Below are positions 36,578 to 45,681 of a stretch of 64,000 nt of DNA, in pieces; the stretch's first letter is position 1; every line of letters starts with the position of its first letter. This stretch comes from an archaeon. GTDB taxonomy: Archaea; Nanobdellota; Nanobdellia; Pacearchaeales; DTIR01. The notes under the pieces are model-generated. The model was not told the DNA's origin. It saw only the letters and a list, made by a program, of their open reading frames with translations, and ran no database searches. The translations under genes were made by a program, and so were the position numbers. The stretch lies in the NCBI GenBank assembly GCA_043808285.1, contig JAZDFA010000003.1, positions 12,085 to 76,084 of the forward strand. The letters are read 5' to 3'.

Positions 36578-36650
36578 TGAGCCCACTCGGAATTGAACCG
36601 AGGATCTTCACAGTGTGAATGTGACGTCTTAACCGCTGGACTATGAGCTC
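36578..36650 (-). tRNA. tRNA-Val(CAC): tRNA-Val (anticodon CAC)
   Basis: Reverse complement folds as gagctca ta gtcc agcggttaa gac g tcaca ttCACac tgtga agatc ctcgg ttcaatt ccgag tgggctc a. Confidence 0.85.
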
Positions 36651-36675
36651 GCCTAAAAAATGGAAGAAAAACAGG

Positions 36676-36683
36676 TTTAAATT
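36676..36683 (-). promoter_or_regulatory. TATA-like box for tRNA-Val
   Basis: The minus strand reads aatttaaa, centred about 29 nt upstream of the tRNA 5-prime end (36650). Confidence 0.4.
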
Positions 36684-36685
36684 AA

Positions 36686-37936
36686 TTATGTTCCTTCTTT
36701 CCAGGAATTAAGGTATTCTTTTTGCCTTTCTGTCAAATCATCTTTGCTTATACCCATTGACTTAAGTTTAAGGGATGCAATCCTGTGGTCAACATCCCTT
36801 GGTAAATCATAAACCTTACACTCAAGTTTTCCCTTATTTGCTGCAATATATTCTGCGCCTAATGCCTGGTTTGCAAAAGACATGTCCATAACTTCAGAAG
36901 GATGGCCTTCTGCTGCAGCAAGATTTACAAGCCTTCCTTCACCTAAAAGATAAACCTTTTTTCCATTTGTTATATAATACTCATCACAGTTATCCCTAAC
37001 TCTCCTTTTTTCAGAACTCAATTCTTCAAGGCCCTTGACATCTATTTCGTTATTAAAATGGCCTGAATTTGCAATTATCGCACCGTTTTTCATTCTTAAC
37101 AAATGATTCCTTGTTATAATATCCCTGTTTCCTGTTGCAGTCACAAAAATATCACCTATTACTGAAGCATCTTGCATAGGCATTACACTATAACCCTCCA
37201 TTCTTGCTTCTAATGCCCTTACAGGATCTGTCTCTGTTACAATAACATTTGCATTCATTCCTTGAGCGCATCTTGCAATCCCTTTCCCGCAATAGCCATA
37301 ACCTGCAACAACAAAATTCTTTCCAGCAATCAAGGTTGATGTTGCCCTTAGTATCCCATCAATAGTTGATTGCCCTGTGCCATAACGATTGTCAAAAAGA
37401 TGTTTTGTCAGAGAGTTATTCACTGCAATTATTGGATATTCTAATTTTCTCTCCTTCTCCATTGCAATTAGGCGATTAACGCCAGTGGTAGTCTCTTCAC
37501 AACCACCTATAATACTTTCAAGACATTCTCTCCTTTTTGTATGGGTAAGAAAAACCAAATCAGATCCATCGTCTATTGTTATATTGGGCATAAAATCCAG
37601 TATTTTGTTTATATTCTCATAATACTCTTTTTCTGTCTCTCCTTTCCATGCAAATACTTCTATGCCTCTATCGGCAAGATATGCTGCAACATCGTCTTGT
37701 GTTGAAAGAGGATTACACCCACTAATTGCGACTTTACCTCCTCCTTCTACTAAAGTTTCGACAAGAACTGCTGTTTCTTTTGTAACGTGAAGGCAAAATC
37801 CCACTCTTAAACCTTCTAAAGGCTTTCTTTTTGAAAAATCTTCTCTGATTAAGGAAAGAACGGGCATGTTTTGCCTTGCAAGGCCGACTTTTAATTTTCC
37901 CCGTACAAAAAGATTAATGTCTTTTACTTTATACAT
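36686..37936 (-). CDS. ahcY: S-adenosyl-L-homocysteine hydrolase
   Basis: LSTQDDVAA, CEETTTGV, NAD site VAGYGYCGKG, GHFNNEID, and LLGEGRLVNLAAAEGHPSEVMDMSF. Confidence 0.95.
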   Translation of the reverse strand: MYKVKDINLFVRGKLKVGLARQNMPVLSLIREDFSKRKPLEGLRVGFCLHVTKETAVLVETLVEGGGKVAISGCNPLSTQDDVAAYLADRGIEVFAWKGETEKEYYENINKILDFMPNITIDDGSDLVFLTHTKRRECLESIIGGCEETTTGVNRLIAMEKERKLEYPIIAVNNSLTKHLFDNRYGTGQSTIDGILRATSTLIAGKNFVVAGYGYCGKGIARCAQGMNANVIVTETDPVRALEARMEGYSVMPMQDASVIGDIFVTATGNRDIITRNHLLRMKNGAIIANSGHFNNEIDVKGLEELSSEKRRVRDNCDEYYITNGKKVYLLGEGRLVNLAAAEGHPSEVMDMSFANQALGAEYIAANKGKLECKVYDLPRDVDHRIASLKLKSMGISKDDLTERQKEYLNSWKEGT

Positions 37937-37988
37937 TCTAAAAAATATGCAGAGCTTAATTTATTAATCTTATTAAATAAAGATATAG

Positions 37989-38696
37989 ATGATCAGTATA
38001 ATTATTCCTGCACTAAATGAAGAGAAATTTATTGTAAGGCTGCTTGATTCCTTAAAAAGACAAAAGTTAAGAGATTATGAAGTAATTATTGCTGATGCAG
38101 GCTCAACAGACAAAACATTACAAATATCAAGGAATTATGGATGCAAGATTGTAAAAGGAGGATTGCCTGCAAGAGGCAGAAATAATGGTGCAAAAGCTGC
38201 AAAGGGAGACTTGTTGCTTTTTCTTGATGCAGACTGCTTCCTGCCCAACAACTGCTTAAACAAAAGTATAATAGAGTATGAAAAAAGGTCTTTAGACGTT
38301 TCAACATTCATGCTACTCCCAGATGGGAAAAGTAAGATCAGAAAAATCTTCCTTAATCTGTTTTATAATTATCCTATTCTTATTCTTGAAAAAATCCTCC
38401 CTCATGGAGCCATGGGAATCTTAATTGACAAAGAGATGTTTAAGCGGCTAAATGGATTTGATGAAACAATAAAACTTGCAGAAGACCATGATTTTATAAG
38501 AAGGGCTGCAAAGATTGGAAGGTTTGGAGTAATAAGAGCATGCAAAATTTTAACTTCAGACAGAAGATTTGACACTGATGGATGGCTTAATACATACATT
38601 AAATTTTTACTTTGCGAGATGCACATGATATTCCTTGGTCCTATAAGAAGTGACATATTCAAATATAGATTTAATCATTATGTCAAGAACACTTGA
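37989..38696 (+). CDS. Family 2 glycosyltransferase
   Basis: ISIIIPALNEEKFI, ADAGSTDKT, FLDADCF. The last 5 codons and the stop lie inside a repeat copy. Confidence 0.85.
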   Translation: MISIIIPALNEEKFIVRLLDSLKRQKLRDYEVIIADAGSTDKTLQISRNYGCKIVKGGLPARGRNNGAKAAKGDLLLFLDADCFLPNNCLNKSIIEYEKRSLDVSTFMLLPDGKSKIRKIFLNLFYNYPILILEKILPHGAMGILIDKEMFKRLNGFDETIKLAEDHDFIRRAAKIGRFGVIRACKILTSDRRFDTDGWLNTYIKFLLCEMHMIFLGPIRSDIFKYRFNHYVKNT

Positions 38697-38780
38697 AAAA
38701 ACTAGTGTGTTCTTGATCATCCTAAAATTGCACGTAAACTCCACACCTTGGTGTTTAGTGAAACTCAACAATTTTATGAC
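38680..38780 (-). repeat. Intergenic modular hairpin repeat (H1-like + H4), inverted orientation
   Basis: Reverse complement: gtcataaaattgttgagtttcactaaacaccaaggtgtggagtttacgtgcaattttaggatgatcaagaacacactagttttttcaagtgttcttgacat. Confidence 0.75.
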
Positions 38781-38789
38781 AAAAAGTAA

Positions 38790-39335
38790 CTACATTATAT
38801 TTGCTATTAAATCTTCAACTTTCTTATATATCTCTTTTTGACTTCCAGAATTGTCTAATTTAAAATCTACATATTTTAGAGTAGTTATAAAATCGAAAAG
38901 CTTGAATTCTGCCTCTTCCTGCTTTTTGAATTCCTCAAAAGTCTGTGGGTCTCCTGTTCTTTTTCTTGATTTTAATCTCTCAAATCTTATTGGGGGAGAA
39001 GCATCAACAAGAATGAGTATCGCTTTTTCTAATTTAGCAGCTTTTGCATCAATGGGGGTTCTAATTCCATCAATCAATGAAAGAAATTTTTCAGATTCCT
39101 TCAATTTTCTTATTGCTTCTTTGATAAAATAGTCTTTTCCAAATTTAGTTCTGTATTTTTCCTGCAATGATTGCAGGTTATCCCTTGTAGGCTCAAGTCC
39201 TTCCTCTTTTGCTTTTAATCTAACCAAATCACCCATGGTAATTCTTTCAAATCCCTTGCTCACTAGGTAATCTGAAACAGTTGTCTTGCCTGCACCAATA
39301 GTTCCTATCAATCCAAGCATAATGTTTTTTTTCAT
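38790..39335 (-). CDS. UPF0200-like P-loop nucleotide kinase (dephospho-CoA-kinase-like)
   Basis: LIGTIGAGKTTVSDYL...ITMGDLVR...LIDGIRTPIDA...ASPPIRFERLKSRKRTGDP. Confidence 0.65.
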   Translation of the reverse strand: MKKNIMLGLIGTIGAGKTTVSDYLVSKGFERITMGDLVRLKAKEEGLEPTRDNLQSLQEKYRTKFGKDYFIKEAIRKLKESEKFLSLIDGIRTPIDAKAAKLEKAILILVDASPPIRFERLKSRKRTGDPQTFEEFKKQEEAEFKLFDFITTLKYVDFKLDNSGSQKEIYKKVEDLIANIM

Positions 39336-39354
39336 TTTTATCTGTAATTAAATA

Positions 39355-40137
39355 TCAGCCTAATAATCCCAATTTCTTAAGAATTTTAAAAAACTTGCTT
39401 CTCTTTTCATTTTTTTCAAGTTCAATTAGGTAATGCTGACCGATTAATTTTGCTGCTAACTCCATGTATCCTTTTGCTGCAGCACTCTTTGGATGAGTAT
39501 GGACTACTGCATCTCTCATTCTTAATGCATGCTTTACTGCTTCATCTTCTGGAATAACTGCAATTATCTCCTTTTCAAGCATAGATTCTATATTATCCAG
39601 GGGCATTTCATGGTCTTTTTTATTGAACCTCGTAATTACCACCCCAGTTATAATCTTACCAAGTCTTTCTGCCAGTTTTATTGTTTTTAATGCATCGGTC
39701 AATGCTGGAATCTCTGCCTGTGTAACAATAACTATATCATCTGCTGCCTGCAATGTTTTTTCAACATCTTCTCCAAGACCTGCTGCAGAATCAAAGATGA
39801 TCATATCAGCATATTTCTTGAGCTTCTTTGATACCTCTAGTATTTTTTCTGGATCTATCTTGCTAGCATATATTGAAATAGAAGAAGGCAGTATTTTTAA
39901 TCCAGAATTATGCTCATAGATTGCTTCATGAATCTTCGCCTTTCCAGAGATAACATGACTTAAGCTTACTGGAACAGTTGGAGCGCCAAGGTGCAATCCC
40001 AAATTAGGAGTAGTAAGATTAGCATCAACAATTAGAACATCCTTACCAAGCTTGTTTAATGCAGCCCCTATATTTATTGTAGAGGTAGTCTTCCCTACTC
40101 CTCCCTTACCAGAAGCAACAACGATTACTCTAGCCAT
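39355..40137 (-). CDS. minD: MinD/ParA-family ATPase
   Basis: Deviant Walker A SGKGGVGKTT, and IIFDSAAGL. Confidence 0.9.
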   Translation of the reverse strand: MARVIVVASGKGGVGKTTSTINIGAALNKLGKDVLIVDANLTTPNLGLHLGAPTVPVSLSHVISGKAKIHEAIYEHNSGLKILPSSISIYASKIDPEKILEVSKKLKKYADMIIFDSAAGLGEDVEKTLQAADDIVIVTQAEIPALTDALKTIKLAERLGKIITGVVITRFNKKDHEMPLDNIESMLEKEIIAVIPEDEAVKHALRMRDAVVHTHPKSAAAKGYMELAAKLIGQHYLIELEKNEKRSKFFKILKKLGLLG

Positions 40138-40138
40138 T

Positions 40139-40579
40139 TTATTTTATGAATTGGCGTACAAAACTTAAAAATCTTTCCAAAAGACCCTCCCATTCCTTAA
40201 GCTTTTCCATGTTTATTACTGTTGTATTCTCATTCTCTGTTACCCTTAATGCAACATTCTTGCGAAATTCCGCTTCCCTTGTATGAGCGCATTGGTTTAT
40301 TTTTTTAAAAAACATGTATAAGTCTAGTGTTTTTACAATTACTTCCTCTTTCTTGAAAGCCTCATAGAGAACATTTACTTTTGCTCTTGGAGCAACAGGA
40401 ATACTTGAAATCATCTTCTTTTTCTTCGCTTTTTCAAGAATCGAATCTATGCTAGCTTCTATCATGGATTGCCATCTAAGCATTAAATTCATTATAACAT
40501 CGCATGTTTTAGTATACTTAAGACTAACATAGAGCAAATGCTCCGCTGCACGTTTTTCTTTTTCGATATTTTGCCACAT
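40139..40579 (-). CDS. Hypothetical protein, paralog of 40722-41201
   Basis: Shared layout and C-terminal segment (INMEKLKEWEGLLERF versus LTVEKLKEFLNLSKEMF; EFRKNVAL versus EFVRNDKF). Confidence 0.5.
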   Translation of the reverse strand: MWQNIEKEKRAAEHLLYVSLKYTKTCDVIMNLMLRWQSMIEASIDSILEKAKKKKMISSIPVAPRAKVNVLYEAFKKEEVIVKTLDLYMFFKKINQCAHTREAEFRKNVALRVTENENTTVINMEKLKEWEGLLERFLSFVRQFIK

Positions 40580-40721
40580 AGTAAATCTAGCCTAAAATGC
40601 CTCTTTTGATGGTAGAATTATAGCGGAAAGCATTATTTATATCTATCATTTTTAACTATCTAGATTATCTGCCCAAAAATTACCTCTTGGCTTTTAAGAT
40701 ACCCTAAAAAGAGTGTGTGCT

Positions 40722-41201
40722 TTACCCTCTTTTTTGTATTAAAAAACTGGTTTTTTTAAACATTTCTTTTGAAAGATTAAGGAACTCCTTAAGCTTCTCA
40801 ACAGTGAGTATATCTGTGTGAGAATTATTAGACATTATAACAAATTTATCGTTCCTTACAAATTCCATTGCACTTTGATTATGCTTGTCTATTATGACAA
40901 ACAATTCCATTATCTTTTCAATCTCACTGGTGGAAATGCCAAATCTCTGTGCACATCTCTCCCTAAAAAGCCTAAAATTAAGAACTGGATCGTTATGTAT
41001 TGCTATCCTCTTATAAAATTGCTCGTAATATATTATTGCGTTGATTATTTCAAGAAAAGACTTATTTACTTCGTCTAAAATTTTTATGAGAAGCCTTCGG
41101 TCTTTGAGTAGGGGGAAGGTTATATAGGTCATATGGTCTGCTATCTTTATCTTCTTCTCTGCAGAATCCAAAGAGATTAGAAATTTTTCCATTTTTACCA
41201 A
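40722..41201 (-). CDS. Hypothetical protein, paralog of 40139-40579
   Basis: See 40139-40579. Confidence 0.5.
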   Translation of the reverse strand: MVKMEKFLISLDSAEKKIKIADHMTYITFPLLKDRRLLIKILDEVNKSFLEIINAIIYYEQFYKRIAIHNDPVLNFRLFRERCAQRFGISTSEIEKIMELFVIIDKHNQSAMEFVRNDKFVIMSNNSHTDILTVEKLKEFLNLSKEMFKKTSFLIQKRG

Positions 41202-41227
41202 GAATAATTGAGGATATAAAAAGTATG

Positions 41228-41383
41228 CTATTTAACTGCCCTTATCACCACTTCAAATATCACTGCGGCTGCAATCATTATTATAACATATTGAGGCTTT
41301 ATCTGTATCTTACTTTTAGATTCTTCATAATACCTAAGCAATCCCCCCCCAGTCATTGGAACTCTTAAATTATTGTCTGCCAT
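41228..41383 (-). CDS. secG: Preprotein translocase subunit Sec61-beta/SecG (archaeal)
   Basis: MADNNLRVPMTGGGLLRYYEESKSKIQIKPQYVIIMIAAAVIFEVVIRAVK: the GLxRY motif plus a single C-terminal TM. The internal ATG at 41383 is preferred over 41446 in the ORF track. Confidence 0.6.
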   Translation of the reverse strand: MADNNLRVPMTGGGLLRYYEESKSKIQIKPQYVIIMIAAAVIFEVVIRAVK

Positions 41384-41515
41384 TATTCTAATCAGCAATA
41401 ATGATATAAAAATGTTACGGAATAGAGATATTAGGAGTATAATCACTCAAAAACCCCTACAAAAGACAAAATCCTTTTTTAGCAAAACTTAAAAAAGACC
41501 TTTCTATGGTTTCTT

Positions 41516-43864
41516 ATGGACGAGGGATATAATTTCAAGGATTCAGAAGGAAAATGGATAGGATACTGGAAAGATGAAGAGATTTATTCTTTTGACAAAG
41601 AATGCTTAAAGGATCCGCAAAAAAAAGAAAAACTATTTTCCATAGATACACCACCCCCTACAGTTTCTGGAAAGATGCATATAGGTCATGCATTCAGTTA
41701 TAGCCAGCAGGATTTTATAGCAAGATTTAGAAGAATGAATGGAGATGTTTTCTATCCATTTGGCACAGATGACAATGGATTACCTACTGAAAGGCTTGTT
41801 GAAAAAATTAACAATGTAAAGAGCAAAAACATGAGCAGAGAAGAATTCATAAAACTCTGCCTTAAAACTCTTGAAAAAATAACTCCTGATTTCATAAAAG
41901 ACTGGAAGAATCTTGGGATATCCGCAGATTATAACTTATGCTACTCTACCATTAATCCAAATTCACAGAAGATATCTCAAAATTCATTCATAGAACTTTT
42001 CAAAAAAGGGGAGGTTTATAAGAAAAAATTTCCCACAATATGGTGTCCTGAATGCCAGACAGCAATAGCGCAAGCGGAAATTGAAGACAAGAAAAAAACT
42101 ACTTCTTTTATAACTCTAAAGTTTAAGGTTGAAGGAAGCGATTTGCTTATTGCAACAACGAGACCTGAATTACTGCCAGCATGTGTTGCAGTATTCGTAA
42201 ATCCGGCAGATGACAGATATAAGAGTATTACAGGAAAAATGGCAGTAGTTCCATTGTTTAATCACGAAGTCCCAATAATCGCAGACAAATCAGCAGAGAT
42301 AGAAAAAGGAACTGGAGTCTTAATGATATGTTCCTATGGAGACCGATTCGATGTTGATGCAATAAACAAGCACAAGTTGACACCAAAAATTGTAATGGAA
42401 AAAAATGGGTCAATAAACGCTTTAGGGTATGAGGGATTAAAAACCAAAGAAGCAAGAAGCAAGATAACACAAGCATTGAAGGAAAATGAACTGGTTACCG
42501 AACAGCAGCATATAGACCATTTTGTAAATGTGCATGACAAATGCGGTACAGAAATAGAATTCGTGACAACAGAACAGTGGTTCATCAAAATACTAGACAA
42601 AAAAGATAAGCTTATAGAAACAGGAAACCAAATAAAATGGTATCCAAAATTCATGTTCAAAAGATATGAAAACTGGATTAGAGGATTAGAATGGGATTGG
42701 AGCATATCTAGAGACAGGCATTTTGGAATTCCGATTCCTGCTTGGCATTGCAGAGAATGTGATAAAATATTAGTTGCTGATGAAAAAGAGCTACCTGTTG
42801 ACCCCCTGAAAAAAGAGAAGAAATGTTCTTGTGGGAATTTTGCAGAACCAGAGGACAAAGTATTGGATACATGGGCTACTTCTTCATTAACTCCTTTGCT
42901 TGCATCTTCATTAGTAGACAATAAAATAGGAATTCCATTTTCATTAAGGCCACAAGCTCACGATATAATAAGAACTTGGGCATTCTACACGATTGTAAAA
43001 GCATACCTTCATGAAAATAAGCTTCCATGGAATGACATAACTGTCTCTGGATTTGTTACTCTTGGCGGACAAAAGATGTCTAAATCCAAAGGGAATGTGA
43101 TAGAGCCTCAGGCAGTAGTAGAAAAATATGGGGCTGATGCATTGAGATATTGGGCAGCAGGTTCAAAACTTGGAGAAGATTTGGATTACCAAGAAAAGGA
43201 TATTGTAACTGGCAAAAAATTTGTAACTAAAATATTCAATGCAACAAAATTCGCTTTTATGAATATGAAATATGAAGCAGAAATGCCAAAACTTGAAGAA
43301 ACAGACAGGATATTCCTCTGCCAGCTTAACAAACTTATAAATTCTGCTACCGAGTATTTTGAAAAATATGAATATGCCAAGGCTAAGGCAGAAACAGATT
43401 ATTTCTTCTGGTACAGCCTATGCGACAATTATATAGAAATAGTAAAACACCGTGTTTACAATGGTTCTGAAGATGAGAAAAAATCTGCTTTTTATACATT
43501 ATACAATGCAATACTTACAATATTAAAATTAATGGCTCCAATAACCCCCTTTATAACAGAAGAGTTATACCAGCAGTACTATAGAAAAAATGAGGGAGAC
43601 AAAAGCATCCATATATCTCACTGGCCAAAACAGTTTAATATTTCATCAAATGAAGAAGATGATGAAAAATGGAAAATATTCACAGAGATACTATCCAAGG
43701 TAAGAAATGAAAAAGGAAAGATGCAAAAATCAATGAAGGCAGAAATTATTCTCACAATAGAAAAAGAAAACAAGGAAAAAATAAAAGATCTGATTTCTGA
43801 CCTAATATCAGTAACAACTGCAAAAGAGATAAAAGAAGGCTCCTTTAACATACAATTTATCTAA
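41516..43864 (+). CDS. valS: Valyl-tRNA synthetase
   Basis: Class I motifs PPPTVSGKMHIGHA (HIGH) and KMSKSKGN (KMSKS), plus DTWATSSLTP. 782 aa fits a compact archaeal ValRS; LeuRS or IleRS is not fully excluded. Confidence 0.8.
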   Translation: MDEGYNFKDSEGKWIGYWKDEEIYSFDKECLKDPQKKEKLFSIDTPPPTVSGKMHIGHAFSYSQQDFIARFRRMNGDVFYPFGTDDNGLPTERLVEKINNVKSKNMSREEFIKLCLKTLEKITPDFIKDWKNLGISADYNLCYSTINPNSQKISQNSFIELFKKGEVYKKKFPTIWCPECQTAIAQAEIEDKKKTTSFITLKFKVEGSDLLIATTRPELLPACVAVFVNPADDRYKSITGKMAVVPLFNHEVPIIADKSAEIEKGTGVLMICSYGDRFDVDAINKHKLTPKIVMEKNGSINALGYEGLKTKEARSKITQALKENELVTEQQHIDHFVNVHDKCGTEIEFVTTEQWFIKILDKKDKLIETGNQIKWYPKFMFKRYENWIRGLEWDWSISRDRHFGIPIPAWHCRECDKILVADEKELPVDPLKKEKKCSCGNFAEPEDKVLDTWATSSLTPLLASSLVDNKIGIPFSLRPQAHDIIRTWAFYTIVKAYLHENKLPWNDITVSGFVTLGGQKMSKSKGNVIEPQAVVEKYGADALRYWAAGSKLGEDLDYQEKDIVTGKKFVTKIFNATKFAFMNMKYEAEMPKLEETDRIFLCQLNKLINSATEYFEKYEYAKAKAETDYFFWYSLCDNYIEIVKHRVYNGSEDEKKSAFYTLYNAILTILKLMAPITPFITEELYQQYYRKNEGDKSIHISHWPKQFNISSNEEDDEKWKIFTEILSKVRNEKGKMQKSMKAEIILTIEKENKEKIKDLISDLISVTTAKEIKEGSFNIQFI

Positions 43865-43870
43865 CACCTC

Positions 43871-43954
43871 AGAAAATCTAACAAGATTTTCTTGTGACCA
43901 AGAACACACTACTCCACATTAAAATCTGGAGTTTTTGTCAAGTGTTCTTGACAT
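43871..43954 (+). repeat. Intergenic modular hairpin repeat (H3 + H4, with an extra inserted hairpin)
   Basis: agaaaatctaacaagattttcttgtgaccaagaacacac[tactccacattaaaatctggag]tttttgtcaagtgttcttgacat. Confidence 0.8.
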
Positions 43955-44029
43955 CAAAAAGTGTAGAAGATTTAAAATTTTATTCATTGAGAAGGAACAT
44001 ATTTAAATGAAATTCAAAGATAATTACCT

Positions 44030-45127
44030 ATGGACGAGGAAGTAAAGTTAAAGCTTGAGAGGCTTGTCAAAGAGATTGGAGGATATAGGGGGAGGCATAC
44101 AGAACTTGTAACAGTGTATGTACCAGCAGGATACAACCTAAATCTTATTACAAAGCAAATTGAAGCTGAAAAGTCAACTGCCCAAAATATAAAGAGCACC
44201 AATACAAGAAAAAACGTGCTTGATGCATTGGAAAGAATATCAAGACACCTAAAACTTTACAAAGAAACACCCCCAAACGGAGTTGCGCTATTTGCTGGAA
44301 ACATCTCTGAAAAAGAGGGTCAAGAGCAAATTGCGGTATGGGGCATTGAACCTCCAAAAGCTTTAAAGACAAAATTATACAGATGCGACCAAACATTTGT
44401 AGTTGAACCTCTAAAAGAAATGCTTGAAATAGAAGATGTTTATGGTCTAGTAGTTATAGAAAGACAAGAAGCTACAATAGGCTTGCTTGAAGGAAAAAAC
44501 ATAAAAGTATTGAGGAAAATGACTTCCGGGATTCCTGGAAAGTTCAAAACTGGGGGGCAAAGCCAGCAAAGATTCCATAGAATTATAGAAGGAATGGCAA
44601 AAGATTTCTATAAAAGGATTGCTGAGGCAATGAAAGGAGAATTTTTTGAGATGAAAAAATTAAAGGGGATTCTTGTTGGAGGACCTGGCCCAACAAAAGA
44701 AGATTTTCTTGCAATGGGAGAATTAACAACTGCATTGAAGAACAAAGTAATAGCAGTAAAAGATATAGGATATGCTGATGAACATGGACTTAGCCTTCTA
44801 GTTGAAAGCGCTTCTGATGTTCTTGCAAAAGAAGAGATAACAAGAGAAAAAGCGTTTATTGATAAATTCTTTGCATTATTAGCAACTAAACCTGAACTTG
44901 CAGCATATGGAAAAGAAGAGGTAAGAAAAGCGCTGATGGCTGGTGCGGTAGAAGAATTGCTTCTTTCAACCTCAAATTCTAATGCAGATATTGATGAGTT
45001 CAAAGAACTTGCAAACTCGACAAGTGCTGCAACTAATCTAATTTCCGAACAAACAGAGGAGGGGGTTCAATTTAAGAATCTGGGAGGATATGGGGCAAGA
45101 CTAAGATTCCAAATAGAAGGGTATTAA
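44030..45127 (+). CDS. prf1: Peptide chain release factor aRF1
   Basis: NIKS (TAQNIKST), YxCxxxF (LYRCDQTF), GGQ (GGQSQQRF). 365 aa, which is compact. Confidence 0.9.
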   Translation: MDEEVKLKLERLVKEIGGYRGRHTELVTVYVPAGYNLNLITKQIEAEKSTAQNIKSTNTRKNVLDALERISRHLKLYKETPPNGVALFAGNISEKEGQEQIAVWGIEPPKALKTKLYRCDQTFVVEPLKEMLEIEDVYGLVVIERQEATIGLLEGKNIKVLRKMTSGIPGKFKTGGQSQQRFHRIIEGMAKDFYKRIAEAMKGEFFEMKKLKGILVGGPGPTKEDFLAMGELTTALKNKVIAVKDIGYADEHGLSLLVESASDVLAKEEITREKAFIDKFFALLATKPELAAYGKEEVRKALMAGAVEELLLSTSNSNADIDEFKELANSTSAATNLISEQTEEGVQFKNLGGYGARLRFQIEGY

Positions 45128-45135
45128 AAAAGAAA

Positions 45136-45645
45136 ATGGGTGAAAACGATTCAATAAAAAAGGTGGAAGCTGCATTATTTGTAGCTGGAAGATTCCTTTC
45201 AATAGATGAGATAGTGATGCTTACAGGAGTTAACCCTCTAAGCGTAAAAGAGCTTCTTTCAAAATTGCTAGTAAAATATGAAGCAAGTGATTCTTCTATA
45301 AACATAGTGAACAAAAACGATTTATGGAAGATGGATGTAAAACCAGAATATGCAGAGATAATGACTAAACTTGCTTCTGGAAAGGCAGAGTTTACTAGGG
45401 CAGAGCAGGAGACATTGGCAGTAATCGCGTACAAGCAGCCAATAAAGCAGTCAGTAATAGTAAAAATCAGGGGTAACAAAGCATATGAACACATAAAAAG
45501 ATTTTCAGACATGGGGCTTCTAAAATGCAGAAAAGTCAGCCATACAATTGAACTTCAACTTTCAGAAGAGTTCTACAATTATTTTCAAGTGGGGGTAAAA
45601 GAGGAAGAGGCTGTTAAAGAGAATAATGAAAACTCCCAAAAATGA
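45136..45645 (+). CDS. scpB: Segregation and condensation protein B
   Basis: VEAALFVAGRFLSIDEI...LSRAEQETLAVIAYKQPIKQSVIVKIRG (tandem winged-helix pattern). Confidence 0.75.
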   Translation: MGENDSIKKVEAALFVAGRFLSIDEIVMLTGVNPLSVKELLSKLLVKYEASDSSINIVNKNDLWKMDVKPEYAEIMTKLASGKAEFTRAEQETLAVIAYKQPIKQSVIVKIRGNKAYEHIKRFSDMGLLKCRKVSHTIELQLSEEFYNYFQVGVKEEEAVKENNENSQK

Positions 45646-45681
45646 AAATGCCCAACAGCAGTATTAACGGAGGTATCTAAA

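Noticed and set aside
40580-40721. The 142-nt spacer between the two paralogous hypothetical genes as a possible small-RNA locus
   Set aside because: I could see no convincing stem-loops, C/D-box (RUGAUGA...CUGA) pairs, or similarity to the repeat family. It is probably just promoter or spacer DNA.
42334-42921. 195-aa minus-strand ORF inside valS. Similar antisense ORFs lie inside aRF1/scpB (44608-45512), the zinc-ribbon gene (47691-48068), the M29/M16 junction (10165-10605), the membrane protein gene (8699-9067) and porG/porD (62249-62977).
   Set aside because: All of them lie antisense to well-supported genes and have low-complexity compositions. I treat them as non-coding.
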